Part shown: positions 44,626 to 56,500 of the stretch, in pieces | How the letters are laid out: each line of letters opens with the position of its first letter | Position numbering within the stretch: position 1 is the stretch's first letter | Assembly: GCF_009834535.1 (NCBI RefSeq) | Contig: NC_045699.1 | Coordinates: forward strand, 43,276,001 to 43,340,000 | DNA: 64,000 bases | Direction of reading: 5' to 3' | Source: Camelus ferus | Taxonomy: Eukaryota | The notes under the pieces: generated by a model | The model's database searches: none | What the model saw: the letters and a program-made list of their open reading frames with translations, nothing else | What the model was told of the DNA's origin: nothing | Position numbers and translations under genes: made by a program

Positions 44626-47600
44626 TCAGGGACGCAGGTTAGACATAGGACCAGGCTGGAGGCTGCGTGGGCTAGGGAGCCCAGGGGGACTAGGGTGGGG
44701 GCTGGGAGGGCAAGAGGGCCCCTCCTTCTGGAGGATCTCGAAGTCAGAGTTGTTGACGATGGCTTCTTGGACAGTAGGCATCTCTGCAAAAGGCATATAG
44801 TCTGCTCCTGGGGAGTGGAAACCAGTGCAGGTATGGGATTCAGGGAGGGAGTGGGTGAAGCAGTCCTGGATGGGATGGCTGAGGGGAGGAGTGCCTTCCT
44901 GCCTGGCCTTCTGATTACAGACCCTGGAATGGGCCCCTGTCCAAGGTTGCCCCCTCACCGTGAGGCCTCCCTCCTCGCCGGGTCTCCTCAGTTTCAAAGA
45001 AAGTCTCATGTTCCTCCCAGCGCCGGTCACAGGCAGCACAGAGAAAATTAGACTCAAAGCATCTGCAGGAACAGCCTAGGGCAAGGGAGCAGCTAAGAAA
45101 AGTACAGGGACTTGGGGCTTCCCCCAGGGCTGACTGCATTCTCATCTCTTCCTCACCAACCATAAGCCCAAGTCTCTCCTTCCAGCTCCCCATCCTCATC
45201 CCCAAACTGTTTGCACCTATCCCTACCCCTACACTCCCCTTGCCCTAGAAGGTACCTTTGACCCTGCAGGAATGTGACCCAGCAGCTTTGTGGTCTTCAT
45301 GGCTGTGTTTGCAGCGACATTGGGCCCTCCAAGCCCTGGGGTCAAAGGTGGTCCGTCTCTTGAGCCAGAACTCACCCACCTCCTCTGGGCGTGATGGGAT
45401 AAAGCAGAACATGAGGCAGCGGCACTGGCCCACGTTGCAGGGCACAGATATGTCTGTGGAGAAGGGGGCAGTGGTAGGATTAGACCAGGACCCGCTAGGG
45501 CTTGGCCTGTCTTCCCCCAAACAAACATACACACACATTTGCTCTCAGACCTCCCAACACACAACAAAGGGCGGTTCTCGCTCCACACGGACAAGGGATG
45601 GTCGCTTCTCCCCTACCTGAGATAATATGATGCTCTCTCAACAAGTGTCCACAAAAGCACTTGGACTCATCCCCAATCTGGAAACAGTCCCATAGATAAT
45701 GGGGGCAGCGCCAGCCAATGTAGAGACCTGGGTGTGGAGGACTGAGTAAGAAGGAAAAATTACCCAAGCTCCCCCCGTGTGTTATCTATCTCAACCACCA
45801 GTCTTCATCCCTACCCCATTAGACTTTTTTCCTCAAGGTTTTCTCAATGCCCAACAAGTGTCTTCAGATCCCTTCTCACCCTGGAATCCACTCCATCTGT
45901 GTCTGCCTGTCAGAAGTGACTGAAGACAGTCCAGTTCTGAGCAAGAAGATTATCAGTGAAGTTTTATTTGACGATGAACATGTATCTCGCTGAATTCTCT
46001 GTGACTGTGGGAATTCTCAATCTCTCCTCCCAACATTAGAGTCAAACTTAGCTTTGTTTCCTTGAAGTGTTTAAGGTGAGGGAAAGGGAAGAGGACTGGT
46101 CAGGTGCAGAGTAGATGGTGGGGACTGGCTCCTCAGGAGCATGGTATGCAAGGGCCTTGAAGTGGGGGAGGTGGTTGGGCAGCCCTGATGCCAGGAGGCA
46201 GGAGGAGGGCTTCTCTCACTTCTCCAGGTTGTCACCTTCATACTTTGCTTCTGTGTTCCTGGTGTTACTGAACTAATGCCTTCTATGAACTTGAGAAGGG
46301 CTGCCTATGGCTCTCCAAGGGTAGGAGCAAGGGGGAGGCCAGAAGTCATGATTGGCGGAGAGCAAAAATTATATAAGCATGTGAGACTAAGAAAGGAGGC
46401 ATGGAAAGGCAGGTGAGCCTAAGATGCATCCCTGAGAGCAGGCACCAGCAAGAGACCACAACCCCCGAAAGCATGGTTTCAGCAGTGAGGTCTGAAACTG
46501 TTTGGCTTGACGGTCAGTCTCACCACAAGGCAAGGGTGGTGCGGTGTAAATGTGGGAGGCACTTCCCACTCAGATTTCCTTATCCTCCACAAGAGCTGAG
46601 GGTACTTCTAGCCAAGAATCTTGTCTGCATCCCCAAGGAGTGGGACCTTTAGCTGTGGGACTCTTATTCCCATTTAAAGGCAATGAAGGCACCTCCACAA
46701 AAAGTTGTCCTTGACTTCCCCTGTCTGTCTGGGGGCCCCTCCTCTTGCCTTCCATGGCTCCTTGTGCTACTCCTATGCCAGTTCAGTGCATTACAATGGA
46801 CTGTTCACTTGTATTCCCATTAGCCTGTGAGTTTCTCCAAGGAAGGCCTGTCTTTTCATCTATGTCTTTAGTCCTAACATAGGGTCTGGCACAAAATAGG
46901 TGCTTAGAGAACATGAATTGCTTGGCTAAATAAATGAGCAGATTCCTTCAGGAGGAAGAGACACCCAGTACTCCTGACAAAGCCTGAAGTTCCATAAGGA
47001 GAATGAGAAAGAGTTAGTGTCCTGCGGTCTTTGACTCTGGCCAGGGCCACAGTATACAATTCTGTGCCTAATTGTCAGACTAGGTTTTCTTGTCTTACCC
47101 ATGGTCTCTGGGGATCTGAAGCCTGACCAGATGTGGCTTTTGCCTTTGATGCTTCTGTCTTGACACTGACAGCCCATAGTGTCAATGCCCCTTTACATCA
47201 GGGAAGCTTGGTTGAAAGGGCAGAGTGTGGACAAAGTCACAATGGAGGTGCGAGGGGGCCAGGATTCCACTAGAGGAATTCTGAACTCTGTCTGGAATAG
47301 CAGGAAGCAGTGGATGAACAGATGAGGTGCAGAGGTGAACAAGGGTTAGTGCCCATTGATCAAGGCCTGGCCTGAGGGCCTGGGAGAGTCAAGTTCAAGC
47401 ACCAATGTGGGAGTCATTGCCCAGTTTCAGATGAACAAGACTAGAGTTTGAATCAGAATGGCAACTACACCTCAGACTCTGTTACAGGTGTCTGTGCCCT
47501 TAAAGTGGGACAACTGACCACTTGGCTGTGTATTCCGGCAGAAAGCCTTCTACTCTGCCGTGATTCCAAACCTTCTTCCTGTTATAATTAGACAAAGATT

Positions 47601-50600
47601 GGCAGGGGGAGGAGACATTATCTGGGACACTATTTTGACTCTGCACAACACAGTCAATCCCACAGTCACAGTCTCATTTGCATGATAATATCTCTTTATG
47701 CTTAGAACATCACACAACATACAGCTGTCTTTATGTGAAAGATGTCTTCAGCCTAGACCTCTCTCCTAAGCTTTAGACCCAAATAGCCAGCTTTCTACTA
47801 TTCTACCAGCCTTTTCCACAAGCTCTGCAAATGTGTTATAACCAATGATTCCTTCCAGACTTGGCCCTCATCCTTTGTCCTCCGTTCACCCAACACATAT
47901 TAAACACCTACACTGTTTTAGGCATTCAGTTAATAGCACCATCATCCAATCAGTAACTAAAGCCAAAAACCTCGGTGACATTCCAGGCATGTCCCTCTGT
48001 CTTATCCTACACATCCAATGATTCAATGATCAATTTTACCTTCTTAGCATTTCTTGAATCAGTCTACTTCTCTTTACCTCTGCCCATCCACTTCTCACCT
48101 GGTTTATTACCAGTGCCCCACACTGTAGTCTTCCTGTCCCCAGTCTTGTCTCTCTCCAGGCTATCCTACTGCCAGAAGATCTTTCAAAAATACAAATTTG
48201 TTCATGTTATTATCCTATTTAAATTTTTTATTTTTTTAGTGAATCTCAGTTGCCCTCAGGATATAATCCCAACTTTTGAGTTTGGCACAGAAATGCCTGT
48301 GCAGTTCTGCCTTTCTGGTGCCTAGCTAGGCTCCTCTGGCCATTGCTCTCCGCAGCGGTGTACTGCATTGCTCACAGTTTCCTACTGGTGCCTTGCCCTG
48401 TTGTGTCACCTTACACCACTTTGTACCTGGCCACCTCTTCTTACTCATCTCACAGATTTTGGCCGAGAAATCATCCCTCCCCCAAGTCCCCAAGACTAGG
48501 TGCCCCTTTTCTCTGCTCATGCAGGACTCTGGGCTGACCTCAATCATAGCAATTATGAAAATGAGTTATAATTATTCATTTACTTATCGGTATCTCTTAT
48601 TAGAGTACAAATTGTTTCAGGGATTTTTGTCTTTGAAATCCCACCAGCATCACCACTTCCACAGCTAGCCCAATGCCTGGCATGTAGTTGGAGCTCAATA
48701 AATACTGAATGAATAAAAGAAAAGCTTACACTTGATATTTCTCTATACATCACATATACTGTGATGGAGTCCCTTGGTGTCTCTAGGGACTCAAGTTCCC
48801 CAATATTCGAAGGCAGCCCCAAATATCTTTGTTTAGGATTGAATGACACTTAAATTTCTGTATAAAACTGCCAGTTTAAACAGGAAAATGAAGAAGTTCA
48901 GTCTGAAGAGGAAATGCAGTGGCTTTGAAGAGTAGGGAGTAGATCGGAGGTTCTGAGAAGGAGGAGACTGAACAGACCCTGCATTTGCAAGAAGAATAAG
49001 TAAGCATGACAGAGGATGTTCAATAAGCAAAGCCATTTCAATGCCTGAACGAGGCTGAGAAACAAATGAGATCACTCTGACTTTCTTGGCCCGGTATGGG
49101 AATAAGGCAAGTAAATTACATGAAGGAGAGATAAGGACATAGAATTACCCAGTTATCTTTATATCTTAGGCTCATCTAGGTTTGACATAAGGGAAAAGGA
49201 AGTATGAGAGATGAAAACAAATACAGTGATATCTATTGTGTTCAGTCTAGAAGCCCCAGAATCCTTATAACAGGTCAGGGTGGCCCTCTTACTGAAGGGA
49301 ATTCCTATAGATACAAAGTTCAGTGACACAGGTGCATGTGCTCACACACAGGATGGCATGTGTTCACACGATTTTTCTGCATACCCTTTACACAGATGCA
49401 GGTAAGCCCAGCATGCCATTAACAGGACAGGTATTCATTCTGGGCTGAGACTTGGAATCAATAGGGTGAGAAGACATGGCTCTCCTCTTTGGTGAGGAAA
49501 CTCAAAGCTTTGGGTTCCCAGGTGATCATGGGTCTAGCATGCAAGGGTGACAGCCTTTTAATGGAGTTCCACCAAGGGGACTAAGGCCTTTTGCCATGTC
49601 AGAGCAACAAGCCTCCGGGAAACTGTCCAGGGTCCTCGGCCAACTCAGCCTTAGGGTCTGCTCAGTGCAGGCTATCTGAGTCCTAGATCTGGGGCTGGCC
49701 TGTTGTGGTCCTTCTGTTTTTAACTGAACTAGCCACCTGTTCTTGCCTGGGCTTTTTATGAATATCCCTACTTTTTGTCTGCATCTCCCCTCATCTACCC
49801 TGGCCTAACTGCCTGCTCCACCAACCACCCCACCTACTCCCAGACCTAGTCTAGGCAGGTAGCATTGCCATTCCCACAAGGAGTAGCTGTCCATTGAACA
49901 AGCAGGTTCCTAGATCCTGTTGGATTGGAGGATGGCCATGGGCCTGTCACGGGCCTCTGAAAGGCTGCCTGGGCTCACCTGTCTGGATGGCATTCAGGGC
50001 TGCATCCTTCTCCCATTGGAAAAGATAATCCACCCGAGCACCAGACTTCTCTCTGTGCAGTGCCTTAGCCACTTTCGCCAGGTTTGCCTGCTTAGCAGGG
50101 ATCATTGGGCGGACTGTGTAACCTAGGGAGGGAGGGGCTGAGTAACTAAGGGGAGGTGAGGAGGCTCGAAAATTGAGAGAAGGGGCCCAGTCAAAGAGTA
50201 ACCCAATCCCCTCCTGCTGGGGCAGGTCAAAGACAGTGCTGAGAAAGGGGGAAGGGCTGGAGCAATTACGGCTGATTCCCTTCTTCCCCTTCTTCTTGCC
50301 CGGCTTCTGTTCAGGCTGAGCTGTGTGAGTGGTGCTGTCTGTGGCATCCACCCCTTTCTCGCCCTCTTCTTCCTCTTCCCCCTCTTTTGCAGGTGTGTCC
50401 AGGTGGAGTGAGGCTGGAGGGCCTGAAAGGGAGTGCTTTTGAAGGCTCTCAGAGTCAGTGGTCTGGATGGAGTCCAAGGAAGACTCAAAGGGCTCTTCCT
50501 TCGGATCATCAGAGAAAGATGCAGGGACCTGGCTTAGTGATGAGGTATGAAAAGTAAGGTGTTTCTCTGCGATGTCAGAGATGTGAGTCCCCAACAGGAT

Positions 50601-50945
50601 CTCAGGGTTAGGGGTCTCCAGAGAGACCTCAGAGGTAGAGTGTCCTAAAGGGGTTTCTGGGATGGAAGGCTTTAAAGGGGTTTCAGAGTTATCGGTCTTT
50701 AAAGGAGTCTCAGAGATGGAAGGCTCCAAAGGGGTTTCAGAGGTGTGGGTCTCTAACGGGACCTGGGAAATAGATGGCGTCATATGAGATTCAGAGTCAA
50801 AGGGCTCTAAAGGGGTTTCAGAGATGGGAGGCTCTTCAGGGATAGGGGGCTCCCGTGAGTCCTCAGCGGAGGAGTCCTTTGAAGAAAGGTGCTCTTCTGC
50901 ATCCATGGTGGTATGAGGCTCTTCTGTGACCTTGTCTGCTTCCAT
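44626..50945 (-). CDS. FAM221B: FAM221B (DUF4475/FAM221 family, Cys/His-rich C-terminal domain), 6 coding exons, ~475 aa
   Basis: Exons 50945-50270, 50122-49979, 45727-45617, 45453-45256, 45075-44959, 44807-44626 = 1428 nt in frame. Acidic Ser/Pro/Glu N-terminus, FQWEKDAALNAIQTGLYIGWRCPHYLWDCF, CFCGHLLREH, WRAQCRCKHSHEDH, CFESNFLCAACDRRWEEHETFF. The ATG is directly preceded by CTAG (acceptor-like), implying an upstream non-coding exon. The donor of the first coding exon is ambiguous (see findings). Confidence 0.92.
47700..48720 (+). mobile_element. L2 fragment in a FAM221B intron
   Basis: CTTCAGCCTAGACCTCTCTCCT...CCAAAAACCTCGGTGACAT...CCCAATGCCTGGCATGTAGTTGGAGCTCAATAAATACTGAATGAAT (L2 3' end). 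Confidence 0.75.
50580..50822 (-). repeat. Coding 27-nt (9-aa) degenerate tandem repeat, ~9 units, in FAM221B
   Basis: SETPLEPFD/SESHMTPSI/SQVPLETHT/SETPLEPSI/SETPLKTDN/SETPLKPSI/PETPLGHST/SEVSLETPN/PEILLGTHI. Confidence 0.85.
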
Positions 50946-51439
50946 CTAGTGGTAGAACAGGGTACATGTTTCATTAGGTTGGGATTGGAGGGTCTGCAAA
51001 GTCAGGATTCACAGGGGGCTCTGGAATTAGGATAAGGTTTTCAGTGTACCCGAGATACAAGGGGGAAGCCAGGTGAGCTCTGGGTCAGGGTACAGTGCCA
51101 GGAGGTTAACTTATGTGCCTAGACTCCATATGGCATACTAGAAGGCTGAAGCAGTCTGAATCCCATCAGTAGATGGTAGCAGAGGAGGGGGCCTGAACAT
51201 AGTATCTTGGCTAGTCCAAGGACAGGGTTCTGGGCATACCTGAGGGCAATGCAGATCAGGCTAGGGACTTCTAAAGGCTGGGAATACCAAGCCAAAGTTG
51301 GGGTTTGCTCGCAAGAGTGCAGGAGGATACATTAGGCAGGGCCCAATATGATTTTTTTCCCCCAGTTGGTCTTTCATGGAACCTAGACATCTTTTTTTTT
51401 AAATTATTCACAGTCTAGTTTTGCCCAGGGACACCCCCT

Positions 51440-52250
51440 CACCCACCAACCCTAGGTAAGATCATTCATGTTCAGGTTTTCAGCTATATCCAAGTGTATG
51501 ATGATGACTCCTAAATCCATATTTCCAGCTTAGACCTCTTTAAACCCCTGTACTTAGTCATAACCAATTGCCTGCTGGACATTGCTAAATGGATGTCCCA
51601 TAGGGCATCAAAACTGAACTCTGAGATTTATCCTTTCCCCTCAGCCCTCATCTTCAAATAGGCACCAATAACTATATTTCCTATCTTCTAAATATCCCCC
51701 AAATCCATTCTCTCCTCTCCTTTCCCGCCAATTTTGTTCAAGTTCTTGTCATTTTCTACCTGGATTATGTAATAACTTTGCCCCTCTGTTGCCTTCCCCA
51801 GCATATTAATCCACTCACCTATTCTTTCATTGATTTATGTAACTTCTTCTTTTACAAAGAACTTAATCTTATCACTTTTATTCAGGCACTGGACTCAGTA
51901 GAGAGAATCTGGGAAGGAGACAGGTTAACCAAAATGACAATACAAATGAGCTGGTGTTATGCTGAGGTAAGCCCAGGATTCTGTGGGGAGTGGACTGTGC
52001 CTAATTTATCTTGGGAGGATGTCCAAGAGGGGTCAGCCGTCCTTAACGACCCAAGCAAGACCTTTCTAAAATGCAAACCCGACAATGGCATTCCCTTGCT
52101 TAAAAACACTCAGTGACTCTGGCTAGGAATTGGGTCCAAATTTCTTGGCCCTGACACTCAAGGCCTGTCATCTTTTGCAACATTGCCTAAGGAGTCCAGC
52201 CTTACTTAACTTCTGCTGCTCTCTAATATGGCCCATGCTCCAGAGATATT
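51440..52250. mobile_element. L2 fragments in FAM221B intron 1
   Basis: ATGACTCCTAAATCCATATTTCCAGC...TGGACATTGCTAAATGGATGTCCCATAGGGCATCAAA is L2-like. Confidence 0.65.
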
Positions 52251-52849
52251 ACATTAATAATTTCTTAAACTCATCGGGGCCTTTCCATAGGAGAAGGGGA
52301 CAGCAAGTGGGGGAAAGGTAGGATGATGGGGTGGAAAATGGCCAGACCTTCAGCAAGAGGAAAAGGGGGCCTGAGGGTGAAGAACCGGAGGATGGGAGGA
52401 GAGGACTGAGTGGAGAAACGTGGGGGACATGGGGAATGGGGAAGATAAGGATGAAAAGTGGAGAGGGGTAGGGGGTTGGACTGAGGTAGGTAGGAAGGGA
52501 CAGAAGGAATTAGGACAGAATGGGAGGATTTGGAGGAGGAGGCATTTGAGAGACTACATACCTCTGGGCTTTGTCTTGGGTGTTACAAGTCCTTACGTAG
52601 GGTCTTGTCTGAAGTCGGGAAGGGGCAGTGTTGGTCCCGAGGGTGAGAAGGCTCTTAACCGTGGATGAGCCCTGGCTGCAGGCGCTGTTGGTGAGAGGCC
52701 TTGCTTGCAAGTCTACGACTTAGGGAGGGGACTTGGACACCTGCAGAAATTCACAAAGGAACTCTGGCCAGATCTGAGGAAAGGTGTGAGGGGGAGGGAT
52801 GATGAGGAGCTTGACTAAAGCCTCTGGAACCCGGGCCAGGAGTGGAGGG

Positions 52850-53560
52850 ATCCGTCACCAGGGCAACCTGAACGCCCAGCAGTCTCCTTGGCAACAGCAG
52901 TCTGGTCACCGCCCCGGTGAGTAAGGTCTCCTGAGGGGGCTGCAATGGACCCGGAGGGGACAAACCTAGAGAGTTCACTTCTTTTAAGGGGGTTTTGTGG
53001 GATTTTTGTGAGACTCTGTGAGAGTCTCTGGGTAGGGTCTGCAGATCTCTGTGGGGACGTTGTGGGTGTCTGGGTTTGTGAGGTTCTCTGTAGGGCTCCT
53101 ATGAGTTGTCTGTTGTGTGGTCAGTGGGGGCTATGAGGATCTGATGGGGGCATCTGGGCTTCGCAGTTGGGGTGAGAGACACAAGGGCTCTGGTAGCTGG
53201 GGCTGGGGCAGTCTGTCCTCGAGCCCCCAGGGCCAAGTTAGAGACCAATAGACTAGGGCCGGGGGCGGGCTTTACTAACAAGGACCAATAGAATTAATCG
53301 AGGGGCGGAGCACCATATGACGTCAGGCCGAGGCCGCCGCCGCCGCGGGGCCTGGGTATCGCCGGTCCAGCGCAGCCCGGAGTCGCCCAGGCCTGAACTC
53401 CTACCCAGGTCCCCGGCCCGGCCCCAGCCGACCCGACCCCGGCCCCGGGCCCGCGAGAACACCGGAGACACCCCCCGGGGGGTGGGAGCGGAGCCGCGGG
53501 TCAGCTCTGCGAGCGCCCCGCGCTGGCCTGTCCGGCCCCGCCCCCGCCCCGGGCCATGGC
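52850..53560. promoter_or_regulatory. Head-to-head promoter region of FAM221B (-) and TMEM8B (+)
   Basis: X-box-like GTCACCAGGGCAAC 52854-52867 and GTCTCCTTGGCAAC 52882-52895; CCAAT 53245 and 53285; GC boxes ~53262 and ~53302; palindromic CRE TGACGTCA 53318-53325; CpG island ~53250-53650. Confidence 0.8.
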
Positions 53561-56500
53561 CCAGCCCTTGTCCCGGCCCCTTGTCCTATCCTCATCCAGG
53601 CCTTGGCCCCCGACCCCGCCCTTGCCCCGCTTTCCACATCAGGTCCAGCTCCGGCCTGGGTCCCAGCGAATGCCCAGATTCGGGTCCCAACTCAGGTTCC
53701 CCTTCCAGTCCCAATCCCAGTCCCTGGCCTGGCACCCATCCCAGCCCCTGCCCCTGTTTCACCTCTTTTCCCAAATCCCAGCCCAGCCCCTGTCCCAACC
53801 CCATTCACAATATTTGCTTAAGCCTGGGGCCCAACCCTTGCCTTTGCTCCAGTCCCCACCACAGCCCCTCCTTCCATCACATCCCCTGCCCTTGTACAAG
53901 CCCCAGTGTCCAGCCCAGCCCAACTCTGTATCCCAGCCTTTGCCCTCATCTCTGTGTTTACCCAAGTCTCTCCCACTGCCCACCCCTCTCTCTCATACCC
54001 TGCCCCTCTCCCAGCCTCGACTCAGGTCTGGGCTCCAGCTGCCACCAGCCTTATTGCTGCTGTTGCTGTTGTCTGTCCTTGGCCCAGGGGCTGGTGAGTG
54101 CAGAAACAGGAAAGACTGAGGCAGGGATGGGGTTCTGGCAGGGACGGGTGGACTGGAGGGATTCAGCAGAGGTGGGACCTGGGCAACTAGATCATTGGCG
54201 AAGAAGAGAGGAGTAGGGAGGAGAGAAGTCTTACATAACTGAGAGGAATTGGGAGGGTCAGAAGAGCGGTAACTGTGGATTTGAGGCTCAGCAGGTGGCT
54301 GATAGTCCCAAAGACAGAGACTCCAAGGTTTTCTTTCTTGGCGTCCATCCTGTCTCCACTTTGACCCTTGCTTTTCCAAGAAAGTCTTGAGGGCTTTGCT
54401 CCTGCTCATGAAGTTTGATGGGGGAGACATAGTCCCCCAGCAGAGAGCCTCTAGTCCATGTGGGAAGATCTGGACTAACCCTTTGAGGTACTGGGCATGC
54501 ATTAAAACAGGTTGAGAAAGCTCTTTTGAAGATAAATGTGTAGCAAACAGATGGACGTGGATTAGTTGCCATTATAATGAGTTTAACTCTTGTCACAAGT
54601 CTCCTTTCAAATAAGCTTGATTTGCCTAGGAATAATTCCTGACGCTTTTAGAGCAGGGTTGAAACTTGGAGACCATTTTACAGATGGAGAAACTGAGGCT
54701 CAGCAAGGGATCAGTTTGCCCAAGGTCATACAGCTGGTCAGTGGCAGGTCTGGTGCTAGAAAAAGTTTTCCTAATTCCTATTCCATACTAGTGGGTTTTT
54801 TCCCCCCCACTGCAATAGGAAAACAGATCTAAGTGCAGAAAGACTCAAAGCACAGCCTATCCTCTCCCCTGTCTGCCCACAAGGGGGCTTCATCCACAAA
54901 CTCCTCATTTGCCAGTTGTCAGCCCAGGGCCACCATCCAGTGAGGAAGTGACTCTGATAGGAGAGGGGGATACCCAACTTCCTAATGGGTGGAATGTGGG
55001 AGGAGGAGGGGGTCCTGGCTGTAGGAGATGTGCCATAAAGATCAGTCTGTAATAGAGAGTCTTCATAGCCCCAACCCCCAGCCATCTCTGGTGGGTGACT
55101 CTCTAGATGGAATGAAGATGTACCCAAGAAGTCTTCAGCAGTAACAACTAGCAGAGAAACTGGGGGTGGGGGCTGCATTTCAGTGAGCTCTGGGGCCCTG
55201 GTTCAATGCCCAAGCTTGAGGAGATCGATGCACGCTAAAGCTTGCTGCCCCTGCAGAGATGTGCAAGCTCTATGTGGGTGCTCACTGTTATCTGGGCACT
55301 TATGTGTCTGTGTGTGTACCTGAGGGGTCTGTGGGAATGCTGGGCATGTGCAGTATGTGTATATGCTTGTGGGTTGGTGAGCGTAGGCACGTGTGTGTTG
55401 TGTGGGGTGCATGTGAGCCCATGTGTCCTTAGTGCCTGTGTTGTTGTGTGAGGGGAGCTACACGTTGTGGCCTATGCATGCTCCTTTTCAGCTCTTCTTG
55501 CTCCTCCTGTAGACAGATTACTAAAGCGTCACCTTCCAAGTGGATGATCCCTTCCTTGGTTGGAGGCAATACTGGATGCCTCCCACAACATACATAAATA
55601 ACCCATCTGCCCCCATCCAGGTCAGTTTTTCAATTGGGGTGAGAGGGAGTCCATTCTGTTGAGCCCAATTAATAGCTTCCATCCCTGCCCCCGCAGCTTC
55701 TTTGTTCATGAGCCCATTGAGCTAACACTGGGCTGACTAGGAGAGCAGGGTGACTGACAGCCATGGAGTTGTAGGAAGTTGAGAGGTGTGGATTAAAACA
55801 GAACTGTCCAGGAGCAGGTTCAAGTGCTTCGGGAGGATTGTAATGAGGTTGGAAAAGAGCACTGACTAGGCCTCACAGCAGGCAGGGCTGCCCTGACTGC
55901 TGTTACTAGTTGCTGGCCTGCAGGGGTGCTCTGTGACCTGGTGGTGGTGATAGGTTTTGCCTGAGGAGAGGCTGGCAGTGTCACAGGACCATGATAGCAC
56001 AGTCAGCCTCAGTAAATCCTCAGTCTTTTCCTTAGACTTGTCTGACTGCAGTTGCATAACCCAGGAATGCCTTGCCATTATAGGAAATGACCTTTTGTTC
56101 TATTGTGTGCTGTGACTAGCAGGACCAGCTTCAGCCTATGTGTATGTGTGTGTGTGAGAGAGACAGAGACAGAGACAGAGGTGGTGATGGAGAATCACCC
56201 TGGCCTCATCCGGAAGTACTGGCACATTCAGGACAGGTTCATCTGAGCTTGGTTAGGTGCTTCCTCTGGGACCCAGCTCTGGAGGCCCTAGTGAAACCCT
56301 GAACCAAAGCTTGGAGTGAATGGGGCTGTGTTCGCTTTCTCAAACATCTGCCCTCAGAACGTCTGTGTTCCTTCCAGCAAGCCCAGCTGCTTTTTATTCA
56401 CTTTTCCCACCAGCCTATCCTGTGACCTCTGTAGCCCCTCGCTGCTTTGAGGTGGTGTAACTAGTTACCCAATTCTCCAGTCCATGCCTTGTTCTTTTCA

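Noticed and set aside
53317-54216. 299-aa ORF overlapping TMEM8B exon 1 in another frame
   Set aside because: Its ATG is part of the CRE (ATGACGTCA), probably upstream of the transcription start; Pro/Cys/Ser composition is the shifted reading of the low-complexity exon; it runs past the donor.
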